Origin: Welwitschia mirabilis
Lineage: Eukaryota
NCBI GenBank assembly: GCA_051453625.1
Contig: JBOZIK010000001.1
Span: 8,246,940 to 8,292,735 of the forward strand
Direction: 5' to 3'
DNA: 45,796 nucleotides
The translations under genes were made by a program, and so were the position numbers. The notes under the pieces are model-generated. The model saw only the letters and a list, made by a program, of their open reading frames with translations, did no database searches and was not told where the DNA came from. Shown here in pieces: positions 23,800 through 36,702 of this stretch; the stretch's first letter is position 1, and each line of letters opens with the position of its first letter.

Positions 23800-26700
23800 C
23801 TAATCAGATTCTTCTTCTTCCTCCTCTTCATTTTCTTCTTTAAAATCTTCTTTTTCTTCCTCCTCTTCAGCTGCCATTCATGTAGAGATATTAGCTTCTG
23901 TTAAAGTGGTACTAATATCATAGNNNNNNNNNNNNNNNNNNNNNNNNNNNNNNNNNNNNNNNNNNNNNNNNNNNNNNNNNNNNNNNNNNNNNNNNNNNNN
24001 NNNNNNNNNNNNNNNNNNNNNNNCCCAAGTCGGGCAAATCCCTTAGGTGTCTAGTTGACCCCTTAATGATTAGTTTAGGGTATCAGGTTCATAGTGCTTA
24101 GGTTCGATCGACCTCTCATTTGTCTAGTCAGTCACTTAATGATTAGTTTAATAGTACTGGTTATCAGGTTCATAGGTTTGATTAATTCCTTAGATGTACA
24201 GCTAACTCCTTTGAATTCAGTTCATTTCTAAGAGTTTATTCTAGGTGTGGTTGACTCCTTAGAAGTCTCATAGATATCTCAAGAGGGTAATAAAGCTTGA
24301 TATGTTTTAGGAGTAAAATGTAATAAACATTGCTTTATCTTTTAACCTGCAAGTAATCAATATTTTCCACATGAAATAAAACATATTTTGATACACAAAA
24401 ATATTAGTTTGACATTAAGTAACAATATAATATTTCAACATTCTCCCCTTTTGACATTGATAGATAATGTTTTGATCATGAATTATTGAATAACCATATA
24501 ATATACCAGAAATTTTAATTCATATTGAAATAGATGTGGACTAGAATAATTGATACATAAGTTATATAACATAGAAACAAGAGCAAATTTTATTACTTAA
24601 AGATAATCATTATAATAAAGAAGTGATCATTAAGAGTAAAAACATTAGAAAGTATTAAATACAACTAACTAATTCTTCCCCTTTTGACATTAATGATAAA
24701 GAAAGAAATACATATGGACATAAAAGAAAAATAACATAAGCATAGAGAGAAAATCTAATCAAATTCTTCTTCTTCCTCCTCTTCATGTTATTCTTTAAAA
24801 TCTTCTTTTTCTTCCTCCTCTTTGGCTACCATTTATATAGAGCTATTAGCTTCTGTTGAAGTGTTAACAATATCATAGCTAGCTGTAATGAGAGCTTCCT
24901 TCATATGCCTAGTATAAGAGTCAATCTGCTTCAGGTATGAAAGAGTCTCTTTTGAAGAGTCTTCCTTGGGAGAAGAAGATTTAGAGGACTTCTTTGATCT
25001 GATAAAGATATGCATGAGACACAATTTCACATGTCTAATAAGTGACATGGGTTGAAGGATTTCAAGCTTTGGATGAGAAGTTATACAATAATGATGACAC
25101 ATATTAGGAATCGACATAGAGTAGGGTAACGACCTAGTTCTGTGGTACTCCAATTGAGAAATCATATTATTTAGTATAATGACAAGGGCATAAATGAAGT
25201 GTGTAGTCCCTACTAAGTACATCAAATAGGCCCTATTGTTAGAGGCCTTATCACAATAATCCATCAAAGGAAAAAAGTTATAGGTAAAAACTAAGTGAAG
25301 AAAATGGTATTTAGGAGAAAGCAAAGAGGTAGAGATGGTATGCTTTTAACTATGGAAATTACCACAAAGCTCCCTTATGACCATTTTTTTATCTTCCATG
25401 GAGTTATGAAGAGATCAAAACTTCTCATAGTCCCCTTTTAGAATATCAGTAATAGCCATAATGAAGTTGGTAGTAATTTTTATCCTCTTCCCCAAAACTA
25501 GGGTTTTAAGGATTCTATAGTTAAGATCAAAAGAAGCATTATAATAAAACATTCTAATAAGGAAAAAGTAAGATGAAGCTAAAACATCAAAAAAAAAAGA
25601 TAGATCATAATCTCATAAGAGTTAGATCATATCTCTAATCTCTCTAAGCTCTAAAGTAGTGATAGATTTTTCTTGGGATACATGTTTCTTATTAAACTTC
25701 TTAGAGGACTTTTCTAGAGCATATCCAGAAATTACCTAATAGAAATAAGAAGGATATCTAGATGCAACTTCCTTGGTCCTTCTCTTAAAGGGTCCCTTAA
25801 CCACTACAATCACTTGAAAAGATCTTAAAAACAAGAAAAATCTAAGAAAATCACTAGATCTAAAAGAAAAATGAGGCTAGAAAGTAATAAAAAGGTTTTG
25901 ATTTCCACTTGATTTTATAGAAAGTTAATTAGGGTAATTTTAAGAAAAAATTGGGTCCATCAATAATAATTTTATACTATAACACTATAGGTCTGATCAA
26001 CTAGTTTGAGGTTTGGTCAGCCTATTGAGATGTGGGTCTACAATATAGATAGGGTCTAGATAATCAGAATTTTAAGCTAATCAACTAATCAAATCTATCA
26101 GTTGATATTCTATATTAATAAAATTCATAGCATTATNNNNNNNNNNNNNNNNNNNNNNNNNNNNNNNNNNNNNNNNNNNNNNNNNNNNNNNNNNNNNNNN
26201 NNNNNNNNNNNNNNNNNNNNNNNNNNNNNNNNNNNNAGCTTCCTTCATATGCTTAGTATAAGAGTCAATCCACTTCAGGTATGAAAGAGTCTCTTTTGGA
26301 GAGTCTTCCTTGGGAGAAGAAGATTTAGAGAACTTTTTTGATTCAATAAAGATATGAATGAGAGACAATGTCACATGTCCAATGAGTGACATGGATTGAA
26401 GGATTTTAAGATTTGGATAAAAAGTTATACAATAATGATGACACATATTAGCAATCGACATAAAGTGAGGTAAAGCCCTAGTTCTGTGGTACTCCAACTC
26501 AGAAATCATATTCTTTAGTATAATGGAAAGGGCATAAATGGAGTGCGTAGTCCCTATCAAGTACATCAGATAGGCCCTACAGTTAGAGGCCTTATCATAA
26601 TAACCCTTCAAAGGAAAAAAATTATATGTAAAAACTAAGTGAAGAAAATGGTATTTAAGAGAAAGTAAAGAGGTAGAGATGGTATGCTTTTAGCTATGGA

Positions 26701-27148
26701 ACTTACCACAAAGCTCCCTTATGACCATTATCTTATCTTCCATGGAGTTATGAAGAGATCAAAACTTCTCATAGTCCCCTCTTAGAAGATCAGTAACAAC
26801 CATAATAAAGTTGGTAGTAATTTTCATCATCTTCTCCAAAACTAGGGTTTTAAGGATTCTATAGTCAAGATCAAAAGAAGCATTACAATAGAACATTATG
26901 ATAAGGACAAAATAAGATGAACCTAAAACATCAAAAAAATAAGATAGATCCTAATATCACAAGAGTTATATCATATCTCTAATCTATCTAAGCTCTGAAG
27001 TAGTGATAGATATTTCTTAGTACACATGTTTCTTCTTAAATTTCTTAGAGGACTTTTCTAAAGCATCTTCAAAAAATACCTAGTAGAAATAAGAAGGATA
27101 TCTAGATGTAACTTCCTTGGTCCTTCTTGAAGGGTCCCTTAGCATTGC
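23800..27148 (-). pseudogene. Sirevirus env-like extra ORF, pseudogenised and present as overlapping duplicate copies (most complete copy 24755-~25810; also 26237-27148 and 23800-23923)
   Basis: It lies between the RNase H end and the PPTs. Motifs include SYFVLIIMFYCNASFD..LKTLVLEKMMKI (cf. YPxLVRxFYxN...V.G..I), LHLVFTYNFFP and an acidic E-rich C-terminus. ORFs 24833-25324 and 26081-26611 are open fragments of it. Confidence 0.75.
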
Positions 27149-27539
27149 AATCACTTAGTAAGATCTTAAAAACAAGAAAAATCTAAGAAAATCACTATAT
27201 CTAAAAGAAACATGAGGCTAGAAAGTAATAAAAAGGATTTGATTTCCACTTGCTTTTATAGAAAAAGTTAATTAGGGTGATTTTAAGAAAGAAATTGGGT
27301 CCATCAATAATACTTTTGCACTATAACCCTATAGGTCTGGTCAACCAGTTTGAGGTTTAGTCGACTTATTGAGTGTGGGTTTACAATATAGGTAGGGTCT
27401 AGGTGATCAGACTTTCAAGCTAGTTAACTAATTAAATCTAATCAACCAAATCATAGATCTGATTAACTGCCCTACAATTAGTAGTGGACAGTCACTTAAT
27501 CCCCAGTTTGTTTTGGTGATAAAGAAAAATATCATAATA

Positions 27540-27665
27540 TAGGGATTTCATAATAGTATCTATTAGTTGATATTCTATATTAATAAAATTCATATCATTG
27601 TTTTCTTTTTTAACTTTGTAGTTAACATGATATAATTATTTATGCTAAAAATTTTCATGAGAAAG
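27540..27665 (-). pseudogene. C-terminal fragment of copia RNase H
   Basis: FINIEYQLIDTIMKSL (27587-27540) matches the copia terminal motif FVxTxxQLADIFTKPL. Confidence 0.6.
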
Positions 27666-27692
27666 ATGAGAAAAATAACATGGTAAAAATAA

Positions 27693-29677
27693 TTAATCTA
27701 TGTTATAAATATTATCTATTCTATTTGTTCTAAGGATAACATCATTTAATTTGCCATGCAAAATTTTATATTTAGACTTATCAAAAAATTCTTTATGACC
27801 TTTATCACATATTTGACTAATACTTAATAAATTATGCTTTAAACCATTAACATATACAACTTTATTAATTCTAGATAAGTCACCTCCACCTATGCTTCTG
27901 ATACCTTTTATTTTTACTCTTCTATTATTGCCAAAAGTCACTTCTCCTCCATCAAAATTTCTTAATTAATTGAATCTAGATTTATCACCGTTCAAGTAAG
28001 AGCTACTGTTATTTGAGATCTTGAAAGTTGTTTAAATTAAGAGACTTTGCAAATCATTAGAATTTAACCACTTAATATTTTTGGACTTATTTAGTACCAT
28101 CCTTTTGAAATAAATTTAAAAGGAAAAAAACTGATTAAATTTAAAAATAACATTAATTTTTTAGCATTAAAAAATAGTTTTGAATAATCTAACTTACTAC
28201 AAAAATGACAAGTAACTTTAGAACTGAATTTATTTTTTCAAGTTATTTAATTTTATTGACTTTGTGATTTTTAGGATATGAAGCCAATACCTAACTTATC
28301 ATAAGCAGGTTTTCAAACTCTAAGCATCTATTCTAATTTGGAATAATCACTAGAAAATGTATTAATAAAAAAAGATAAATATTTTACTTATAAAATGAGA
28401 TCAAAATTTTCAGATTGATCTATTTATACTTTAATACCATTTCCTTCTTTTCTTTGATGAGAGATTTTATAATTTTGTTTAGATAATTTATTTACTTTGT
28501 CAATTTTTTACATTTCAAATATAGTTCTTGATAAGTATCTTTTAAATTATCCTATCTTTCTTCAATCACATCCAAATCATTAGGCTATGATGTGCTAGGC
28601 AAGTTCTATAGAGGAGGCACAATCTCCATGAAAGATAGTCTTCTATCTCCATCTGATTCATACCTTGAACCACTGTCATCATACTCATCCACATTATTCT
28701 GTGTTGCAACAAATAAAGATGTCTTTGATTTTTTGTGATCTCTTTTATTGTTTGAGCTTTCATTTGCCATATGTCTAAAGCCTTTGCAAGTATAGCAACA
28801 GTTCTCTTTTTTTTTCTCTTGCTTCTTCCTATACTTTGGGTGTCCTCTTTTTGTGCTTCTACCTAGCTTACCTTTCCTTTGCCTTTTGTGTAAGACTTTT
28901 TTAAACCTTCTTACTAGAAGAACAACTTCATCATTATCTAAATCTTCATTTAATTTTTTTAACCTGTACTTTTTCTACACATACTNNNNNNNNNNTTAAA
29001 ATAATATCTTTCTTTTTATATTTAGAAAATTTTAATTAATATATTTGAAAATTACCTTAAAGCTCTTTTAGTACCATAATATTGATATTCTTGCTTTCCT
29101 TCATTGCTATGACTTTTAGTTGAAATCTCTTTAGAAGGTATCTTAGCACTTTTCTGACCACTTTTACTTCCTCTAAACAGTTATCTAGACTTGCCACAGA
29201 ATTAACTATGTTTGTGAGTCTAGCAAAGAACTCCAATAAAGTCTCATCCTCATCCATATAAATGTCTTTAAATCTAGAGATGAGTATTTGAAGCTTAATT
29301 TACTTGATTGTGGATGTTTCTTCATAAGTGTCTTCAAGAATATCCCATTATTCCTTTACATATTCACAATTTACAATGCATTTAAATTCATATGCACAAA
29401 CTACACAAAATATAGCAATAAGATCATGAGCATCTTTGATGGATTTGAATCTATTAACAGTGGTCCATTGATCTAAGGCTTTTAAAACTAAAATGGTATT
29501 ACTATTTGCATTAGGTTTTGCTAAAGAAGGTATAATGTAACCTTTCTAAATAACCTTTTTAATATCTACATCTAGGAATCTAAGGAATATTCTCATTTGG
29601 ACTTTCTAATATGCATAATTTGACCCGTTGAACAATGGTGGATGACTAGTGGAAAAGCCATCAGAGGGATTACTCAT
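27693..29677 (-). pseudogene. Sirevirus gag-protease pseudogene
   Basis: From the ATG at 29677 it reads MSNPSDGFSTSHPPLFNGSNYAY*KVQMRIFL. A UBN2-type gag segment follows (ORF 29057-29257), then zinc knuckles CYTCKGFRH (~28800-28765) and CHFCSKLDY (~28210-28183). The protease reads NSSSYLNGDKSRF..GGEVTFGNN..VNGLKHNLLSISQICD. Multiple stops and frameshifts are present. Confidence 0.92.
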
Positions 29678-29728
29678 TTTTGGTTCTAGAGTCTAAATCC
29701 ATTAAAATTTTAATACGGACTCAGCTTA

Positions 29729-29740
29729 GCTCTGATACAA
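29729..29740 (-). promoter_or_regulatory. tRNA-iMet primer-binding site of Sirevirus C
   Basis: The - strand reads TTGTATCAGAGC (11/12 match to TGGTATCAGAGC), 3 nt from the LTR end. Confidence 0.9.
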
Positions 29741-29743
29741 ATT

Positions 29744-31782
29744 TGTTGGATTATGAACCCTATGGGCAAGGTAGGTTGGGGGACGGGGGGATGGAGGTGA
29801 ATAGATTTTAAAAAAATTATTCAAATAAATTCACAATATAAACTTGCTTGAAGAGGAATCACTAAAAACTTTGCACAAGAAAACTAAAAGTATTCTGAAG
29901 AATGAAAATAATAGAAGGCATAGAAATATCAATCAGATGCATTTATAGTAGTTCATAAAAACTTCTACTCTAAGCTTGATTTAGATCCCCATTAAACTCT
30001 TTAAGTATCACCTGTAACTTTTACAAATGAACTTTTTCTAAAGGCTTAATTTTAACCTTTTTATAAGTGGACGTTTTCTAAAGGCTCAGCCTCAATCTTT
30101 TGTAAGAAATCATGGTAGTGATGATAAAATGCCCAAGTGCACTAATATCACTCATTTTTTAGCTCAATGAAAATAATGGANNNNNNNNNNNNNNNNNNNN
30201 NNNNNNNNNNNNNNNNNNNNNNNNNNNNNNNNNNNNNNNNNNNNNNNNNNNNNNNNNNNNNNNNNNNNNNNNNNNNNNNNTTATGGAGTACTTCTCCTAA
30301 ATATGATATAATCTAAAAACAATTAAATGCTATAGATCTAATCTTGTATGTAAAGATAAAACAAATGTTAATTTGTCTTTAATCAGCAATGCAATGCCAA
30401 AAGAGTACAATGATTAATCACCAAGATTCAATAGTTCAACAAAAGGTTTTTACAATGATTTTACTCTTGGCTATATATAATGGAATGTTTTTAGGATTAT
30501 TACAAGTGAAAATGCACTTCCAACAGTCATAAACTGGCTACATAATGAATATACAATTTTTGTTTTCATCTTAATTGATCGACTCNNNNNNNNNNNNNNN
30601 NNNNNNNNNNNNNNNNNNNNNNNNNNNNNNNNNNNNNNNNNNNNNNNNNNNNNNNNNNNNNNNNNNNNNNNNNNNNNNNNNNNNNNNNNNNNNNNNNNNN
30701 NNNNNNNNNNNNNNNNNNNNNNNNNNNNNNNNNNNNNNNNNNNNNNNGTTCTGATAATATCTATCATAATTTTTCTGCTCCAGGGTCAGTTGACTCCTTA
30801 GGAATCTAGTTGACCTATTATTGATCAGATGCAAAGTATTAATGCTTAGTTCTTAGGTTTGATCAACCCCTCAAGTATCCATTTAATCCCTTGATGATTG
30901 GTTTAGGAGTATCAGGTGCATAGTGCTTAGGTTTGGTCAACTCTTCATTTGTTCAGTTAACTCCTTGATGATAAGTTTAAAAGTACTAGTTCTTAGATTC
31001 ATACGTTTGGTTGACCTCTTAGATGTATGGTCGACCCCTCTAGATNNNNNNNNNNNNNNNNNNNNNNNNNNNNNNNNNNNNNNNNNNNNNNNNNNNNNNN
31101 NNNNNNNNNNNNNNNNNNNNNNNNNNNNNNNNNNNNNNNNNNNNNNNNNNNNNNNNNNNNNNNNNNNNNNNNNNNNNNNNNNNNNNNNNNNNNNNNNNNN
31201 NNNNNNNNNNNNNNNNNNNNNNNNNNNNNNNNNNNNNNNNNNNNNNNNNNNNNNNNNNNNNNNNNNNNNNNNNNNNNNNNNNNNNNNNNNNNNNNNNNNN
31301 NNNNNNNNNNNNNNNNNNNNNNNNNNNNNNNNNNNNNNNNNNNNNNNNNNNNNNNNNNNNNNNNNNNNNNNNNNNNNNNNNNNNNNNNNNNNNNNNNNNN
31401 NNNNNNNNNNNNNNNNNNNNNNNNNNNNNNNNNNNNNNNNNNNNNNNNNNNNNNNNNNNNNNNNNNNNNNNNNNNNNNNNNNNNNNNNNNNNNNNNNNNN
31501 NNNNNNNNNNNNCATAGGTTTGGTCGACCTCTCAAATGTATGGTCGACCCCTTTAGATTTAGTTCATTTCTGAGAGTTTATTCCAGAGGTGATCGACACC
31601 TTAGAAGTTCAGTCAACCCCTCAAGAGGGTAATAAAACTTGACAAGTTTCAGCATAAAAATGTGATAGACATTGCTTAAACTTCTGACTTGTAAGTGATT
31701 AATATTTTTTGCACAAAATACAACAGATTTCACTATATATAAACATTAGTTTAACATTAATTAGTAATATAATTTTTTAATA
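29744..31782 (-). repeat. 5' LTR of Sirevirus C
   Basis: Colinear with 21021-23316. A TATA motif (- strand TATATATAGCC) lies at ~30469-30479, with repeated GTCGAC-type motifs upstream of it. The terminal dinucleotide is mutated (CA to TA on the + strand). Confidence 0.9.
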
Positions 31783-33589
31783 ATAAGAACATTTCTATAT
31801 TCAAGATTATAATAAAAAAAATCTAGATAAAAATATTATTTTATTTTTTATAAAGGAAATTTTTTTTTCTTTCAATGATAATAGAAATATTTAAAATGTA
31901 TAAAATCATATCTTAATAACATACTTAAAGAAATTAAAACATACCTAGAGCTACGCTAATCCTAAAAAAATTCTTCCATGCTCATATGATAATCTCTATG
32001 GATGGGTGTAAAGAAGGTAAACAAAAGAAAGTGTAGTTCAAACATAATTGTTAAGATATAAAAATTTATCCAAGATTCATATGTCTATATTATAAGTTAA
32101 TTAAAAAAAGTGATAAGCTAAAGACTATTTATATTACTTAAACTACTACGATGAAAATTCTACCAAGCATAAACATTCAATGTAAGATAAAACAAAAATG
32201 TAAAAGAGGTATTTTTATAAAAAAAATATTTATANNNNNNNNNNNNNNNNNNNNNNNNNNNNNNNNNNNNNNNNNNNNNNNNNNNNNNNNNNNNNNNNNN
32301 NNNNNNNNNNNNNNNNNNNNNNNNNNNNNNNNNNAAACATTCTTCCATGCTCATATGATAATCTCTATGGATGGGTGTAAAAAAGGTAAACAAAAGAAAG
32401 TATAGTTTAAGCATAATTGTTAAGATACAAAAATTTATCCAAGATTCATATGTATATATTATAAGTTAATTAAAAAAAGTGATAAGCTAAAGACTATTTA
32501 TATTACTTAAACTACTAAGATAAAAACTCCAACAAGCATAAACATTTAATGTAAGATAAAACAAAAATGTAAAAGAGGTATTTTCCCAAAAAAAAAAAAA
32601 TATTTATAGGTATTTAACTTAAGGTCACTAATAAAATAAATCTTGTATACTCAAAATCCTTATAAACCTTCTGTAATAATCTTTGTGTAATTTAAAACAT
32701 TAATTATAACATTTTTGGTCCTAAGGAGACATCATAGTAAAAAAATTAATAATTAATTAATTATAAAAAAAATAAATTATAGTAGTTTTTCAGAAACTAG
32801 ATACATAATATGATTCGTAATTCTAAAAATGTTATTTTCAAGATTATCATTTAAGGTTAAAGATTGTTAAATTTTCTAAAATGATAGTCCTACTCTACTA
32901 CACTAAAATGACCATAACTTTTAAANNNNNNNNNNNNNNNNNNNNNNNAGATATCTTAATATATAGTTATAGAAACATAAATTAGTTACTTACTATTTTC
33001 TACATTTATTTTCTAACATATTTTAACAACTAACTTTTTTAAAAATAATTACCCATTAGAAAATTACTATTTTTTGTATTTTTACATTCATAACACAATC
33101 CTAGACTTACAAATTTTTTTCAACTAATTTATAGATATTAATTAATAATCTATGGTGTTTTTATTTTATGCCTCTATTTTAGAAAATTTAATTTTCACTA
33201 TAATAGAAATATTATAAGTTTTTACAATAAGCAATAACTTTAATCAGTAAAATAATGAATATACTAACTAATTACTTATAGGATATCTTAACTAAGTTAC
33301 TAATTCATATTATAGAAAGTAAAATCAAATCAATTCAAAAATAAAAATTTACTATAAGCCTTAAGATTTCCATNNNNNNNNNNNNNNNNNNNNNNNNNNN
33401 NNNNNNNNNNNNNNNNNNNNNNNNNNNNNNNNNNNNNNNNNNNNNNNNNNNNNNNNNNNNNNNNNNNNNNNNNATAATGAATGTACTAACTGATTGCTTA
33501 TAGGATATCTTAACTAAGTTAATAATTCATATCATTATATAAAGAAAAATAAAATTAATTCAAAAAAAATTTACTATAAGCCTTAAGAT

Positions 33590-34140
33590 TTTCATAAAAG
33601 AGTACTAGCCTAAAGAGATTTCTATGGATCAAAATTTACCCTCAAAAAATGGACCTAATTCATAATAAATAAAAAGAAAATATTAAAATACACATGGATA
33701 TCTAAATTTTTCCCCCTATAGTGAACCTCCTAGTTACTTAGCCATAATAATACATTATTAATTGCCATCTTTAAGTAGAAAATACCCCTCATATATCCCC
33801 AACATTTTTAAGAGATCTACTAGAAGGGAATACTAGTTTATAACATAATTACATAAAAACCATAAATAATTCCCTAATGCAATATCACATCATTTCACTA
33901 TAATATTAAAAAGAAATCATATGGATAATAAGAGTGAAGAGCTTACTTTAGAAGATTAGTAGCTCTTAATAGTTGAAGATTGATGAAGATCCAAGCTTAA
34001 GATTTCATTAACTTCAGGCTTTCAAGGTCCAAGCTCCATAAGCAAGAGAATAAATGAAAGAGAAAAGGAAAATAAAAAGAAATAAAAAGTATCTGTGCTT
34101 ACAAGAGAAAAAAGTATTTTTATATATAGATAAACAAACT
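33590..34140 (-). repeat. Possible degenerate gypsy LTR promoter fragment
   Basis: The - strand has a TATA-like CTATATATA followed by a pyrimidine-rich leader. It contains CTTGGACCTTGAAAGCCTG, similar to CTTGGACCTTAAAAAAGCCTTG in LTR A (~10919-10940). No termini were found. Confidence 0.3.
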
Positions 34141-35409
34141 CACATAGTTCAAGATCACAAGAACACATGATTTACAATTGGTAAATGTGATAAATAATAA
34201 GTGACATTGAAATACAAAAAGAGATCATATTTATAACTCATGAAACTAACTAGAGTGAATAATCCTTTTGTTTTAATTAGTAAGGTTAATTACATATATA
34301 ATTTATTTATGCTATCTTCTTTTAAATCCTTTCTAGGCTCATAAGTAATTTTAATTTGTCCAAGACATGCATCAAAAAAATACATGCATAAATTTCAAAA
34401 TTGTCATATGGTATAATAAGACAAACTCTTCAATTCTAATGAATAAAACAATCAGTATGCTATAAACCAAGTGTCCTTACACACTTCAAAAGCATAAAAG
34501 TTATGGTATAGTAAATTTATTCATTTATCATTCTTGGTTCTAGGTAGAAGTGCATGTACTTGTTCAAATTCTCATTTATTTTAAAATGCAAAAAATGTAA
34601 TAATCACATACAAAGGAGAAAATGTTTATTAATAAAATAGTATACATATCACATTTACTAAGAATCTAAATGAGTACAAAATATGTAAGATATATAATTA
34701 TGTCCTTCCTTCTCACAAAATAGAATTATTTAATTTTAAATGCTTGGATGACATCTTATTTTGACAACTTTTTAAATAAGAATAATTAATCATTTGATTA
34801 AAAACTTATTATAATTAATATTCAAGTAAGTAAGATTTATAAAATATGTAATATGTTAATTGCCTTTCATTTCTTTCTTAGGTTTAATAAAGTAACATCT
34901 AATGAGATATCTTCCTTTTTATGTATGCATTAACTTATATTCAAACTCTGCATCAAATGTTTCTATCTTTTAGACTTTGAAAAAGGTTAAACTTTGGTTA
35001 ACAAGTATGCTATTCATATCTTTTAAGAATTTTTTTCATTTTAGTGCCTATGTTTTCTAAATATTAACCAATATTTTTGAGTTTTTATTCCTTAAATGTT
35101 TTCTTTAAAAAATTTTTCTATGTTAGTAATTCTTTATTAATATTTTGCTAAGAGACTGATAAAAATATAGTTAGGGGATGTTTACATGTAAAAATTGATA
35201 TTCTAAGCAAGTATTATTGATCTATTTTACATTGGGAAAGATATTTAATTCATTAATTTATTATAAAATGATGTCTTCTACAATTTTTATCATATTTTCA
35301 TCAAATTATCAACTTTTCTTAATACTAGAAGGTTCATTATTGCCTTCTAAAAATATATGCATAAACAAACCAAATCCTAACATCAAACACTAGCACTACT
35401 AGTGAGGAC

Positions 35410-36702
35410 TATTGACACTACCATATTTATAAGGCAAATCATTGTAAAAATTACATTCTTGCATTTTTTTAAGGAATTAATTACATTGTACTTATGGATT
35501 AAGTAAAAAATAATTCAAGATAAATCTTCAAATTTGATAAAAGTAAAAGATAATATATCACAACAACATGTGATGCAATGAAAATGATCGTAATGAAGAG
35601 ACATCACATGTCATCCATTAACGTCATCACTAGTAGTGGAAGGATACATCATCACCATGTTTACAAAGAAGATAAAGAATCTTTCTTTATGGATACATGC
35701 CAAAAAATTAGAGCTACTTTTTCAAGTAATCATCTATTATAACTCCTCTTATGTAATTGCCCATCTAATGCATAATGATAATATCTAATATAATCATAAC
35801 TTAGACTTCAAACCCTTCCTCATCTATAAAAGGGCATTGAGTACCTTTCAGCTAAGTTTNNNNNNNNNNNNNNNNNNNNNNNNNNNNNNNNNNNNNNNNN
35901 NNNNNNNNNNNNNNNNNNNNNNNNNNNNNNNNNNNNNNNNNNNNNNNNNNNNNNNNNNNGCAAATAATTGCAAAAATTACATTCTTGCATTTTTTTTAAA
36001 GGAATTAATCACATTGGACTTATGGATTAAGTAAAAAATAATTCAAGATAAATCTTTAAATTTGATAAAAGTAAAAGATAATATATCATAGCAACATGCG
36101 ATGCAATGAGGATGATCATGATGAAGAGACATCACATGGCATCCATTAACATCATCATTAGTAGTGGAAGGATCATCACCATGTTTACATAAGAAGATAA
36201 AGAATCTTTTTTTATGGCTACATGCCAAAAAATTAGAGCTACTTTTGCAAGTAATCATCTATTATAACTCCTCTTATGTAATTCCCCATCTAATGCATAA
36301 TGATAATATCTGATACAATCATAACTTAGACTTGAAACCCTTTCTCATCTATAAAAGGACATTGAGTACCTTTTAGCTAAGTTTTTACTTAGTTATCATT
36401 CTTACTTAGGAATAACATTAGATATTAGCTTAGTTTTAAATTACTTTAGCTTTAAAACAAGTTATAAAAAGGAAAGAGAAATGGAATGATGCTTAGAGTT
36501 TGAACATTATCTTAGAGAGGAGGAAACCAAACTGACTCTATGGTATTACTAATTTGTCCTATGTAATCCTTCACTTCAAATTGTCCAACTGCATTTTTGC
36601 GAAGCAATAAAAACCATCAAGTACTTTTATTCTAATTCATATGTCATAACCTCATCCATCATGTGATAAATGTAAATTCAACTAGTACTTTAGTGTTAAA
36701 TA
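35410..36702 (+). mobile_element. Candidate solo LTR (part duplicated across the 35860-35959 gap)
   Basis: Imperfect terminal inverted repeat TATTGACACTA...TAGTGTTAAATA. It has an internal CTATAAAAGG (36349-36358) and a downstream AATAAA (~36606). No matching TSD. Confidence 0.35.

Larger units (their letters stand above)
21021..31782 (-). mobile_element. Element C: Sirevirus (SIRE lineage Ty1/copia) LTR retrotransposon, internally deleted
   Basis: Paired LTRs, with TSD ATAAG at 21016-21020 and 31783-31787. It has a Met PBS, multiple PPTs, a C-rich CCTATTCAxCCCCCC signal at the LTR 3' end, SIRE-type gag and an env-like ORF. A duplicate of the left junction lies at 19944-20176. Confidence 0.92.

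Noticed and set aside
26081-26611. Apparent env-RNase H fusion ORF
   Set aside because: The ORF reads through a 100-N gap joining two duplicate contigs, so it is not a real fusion.
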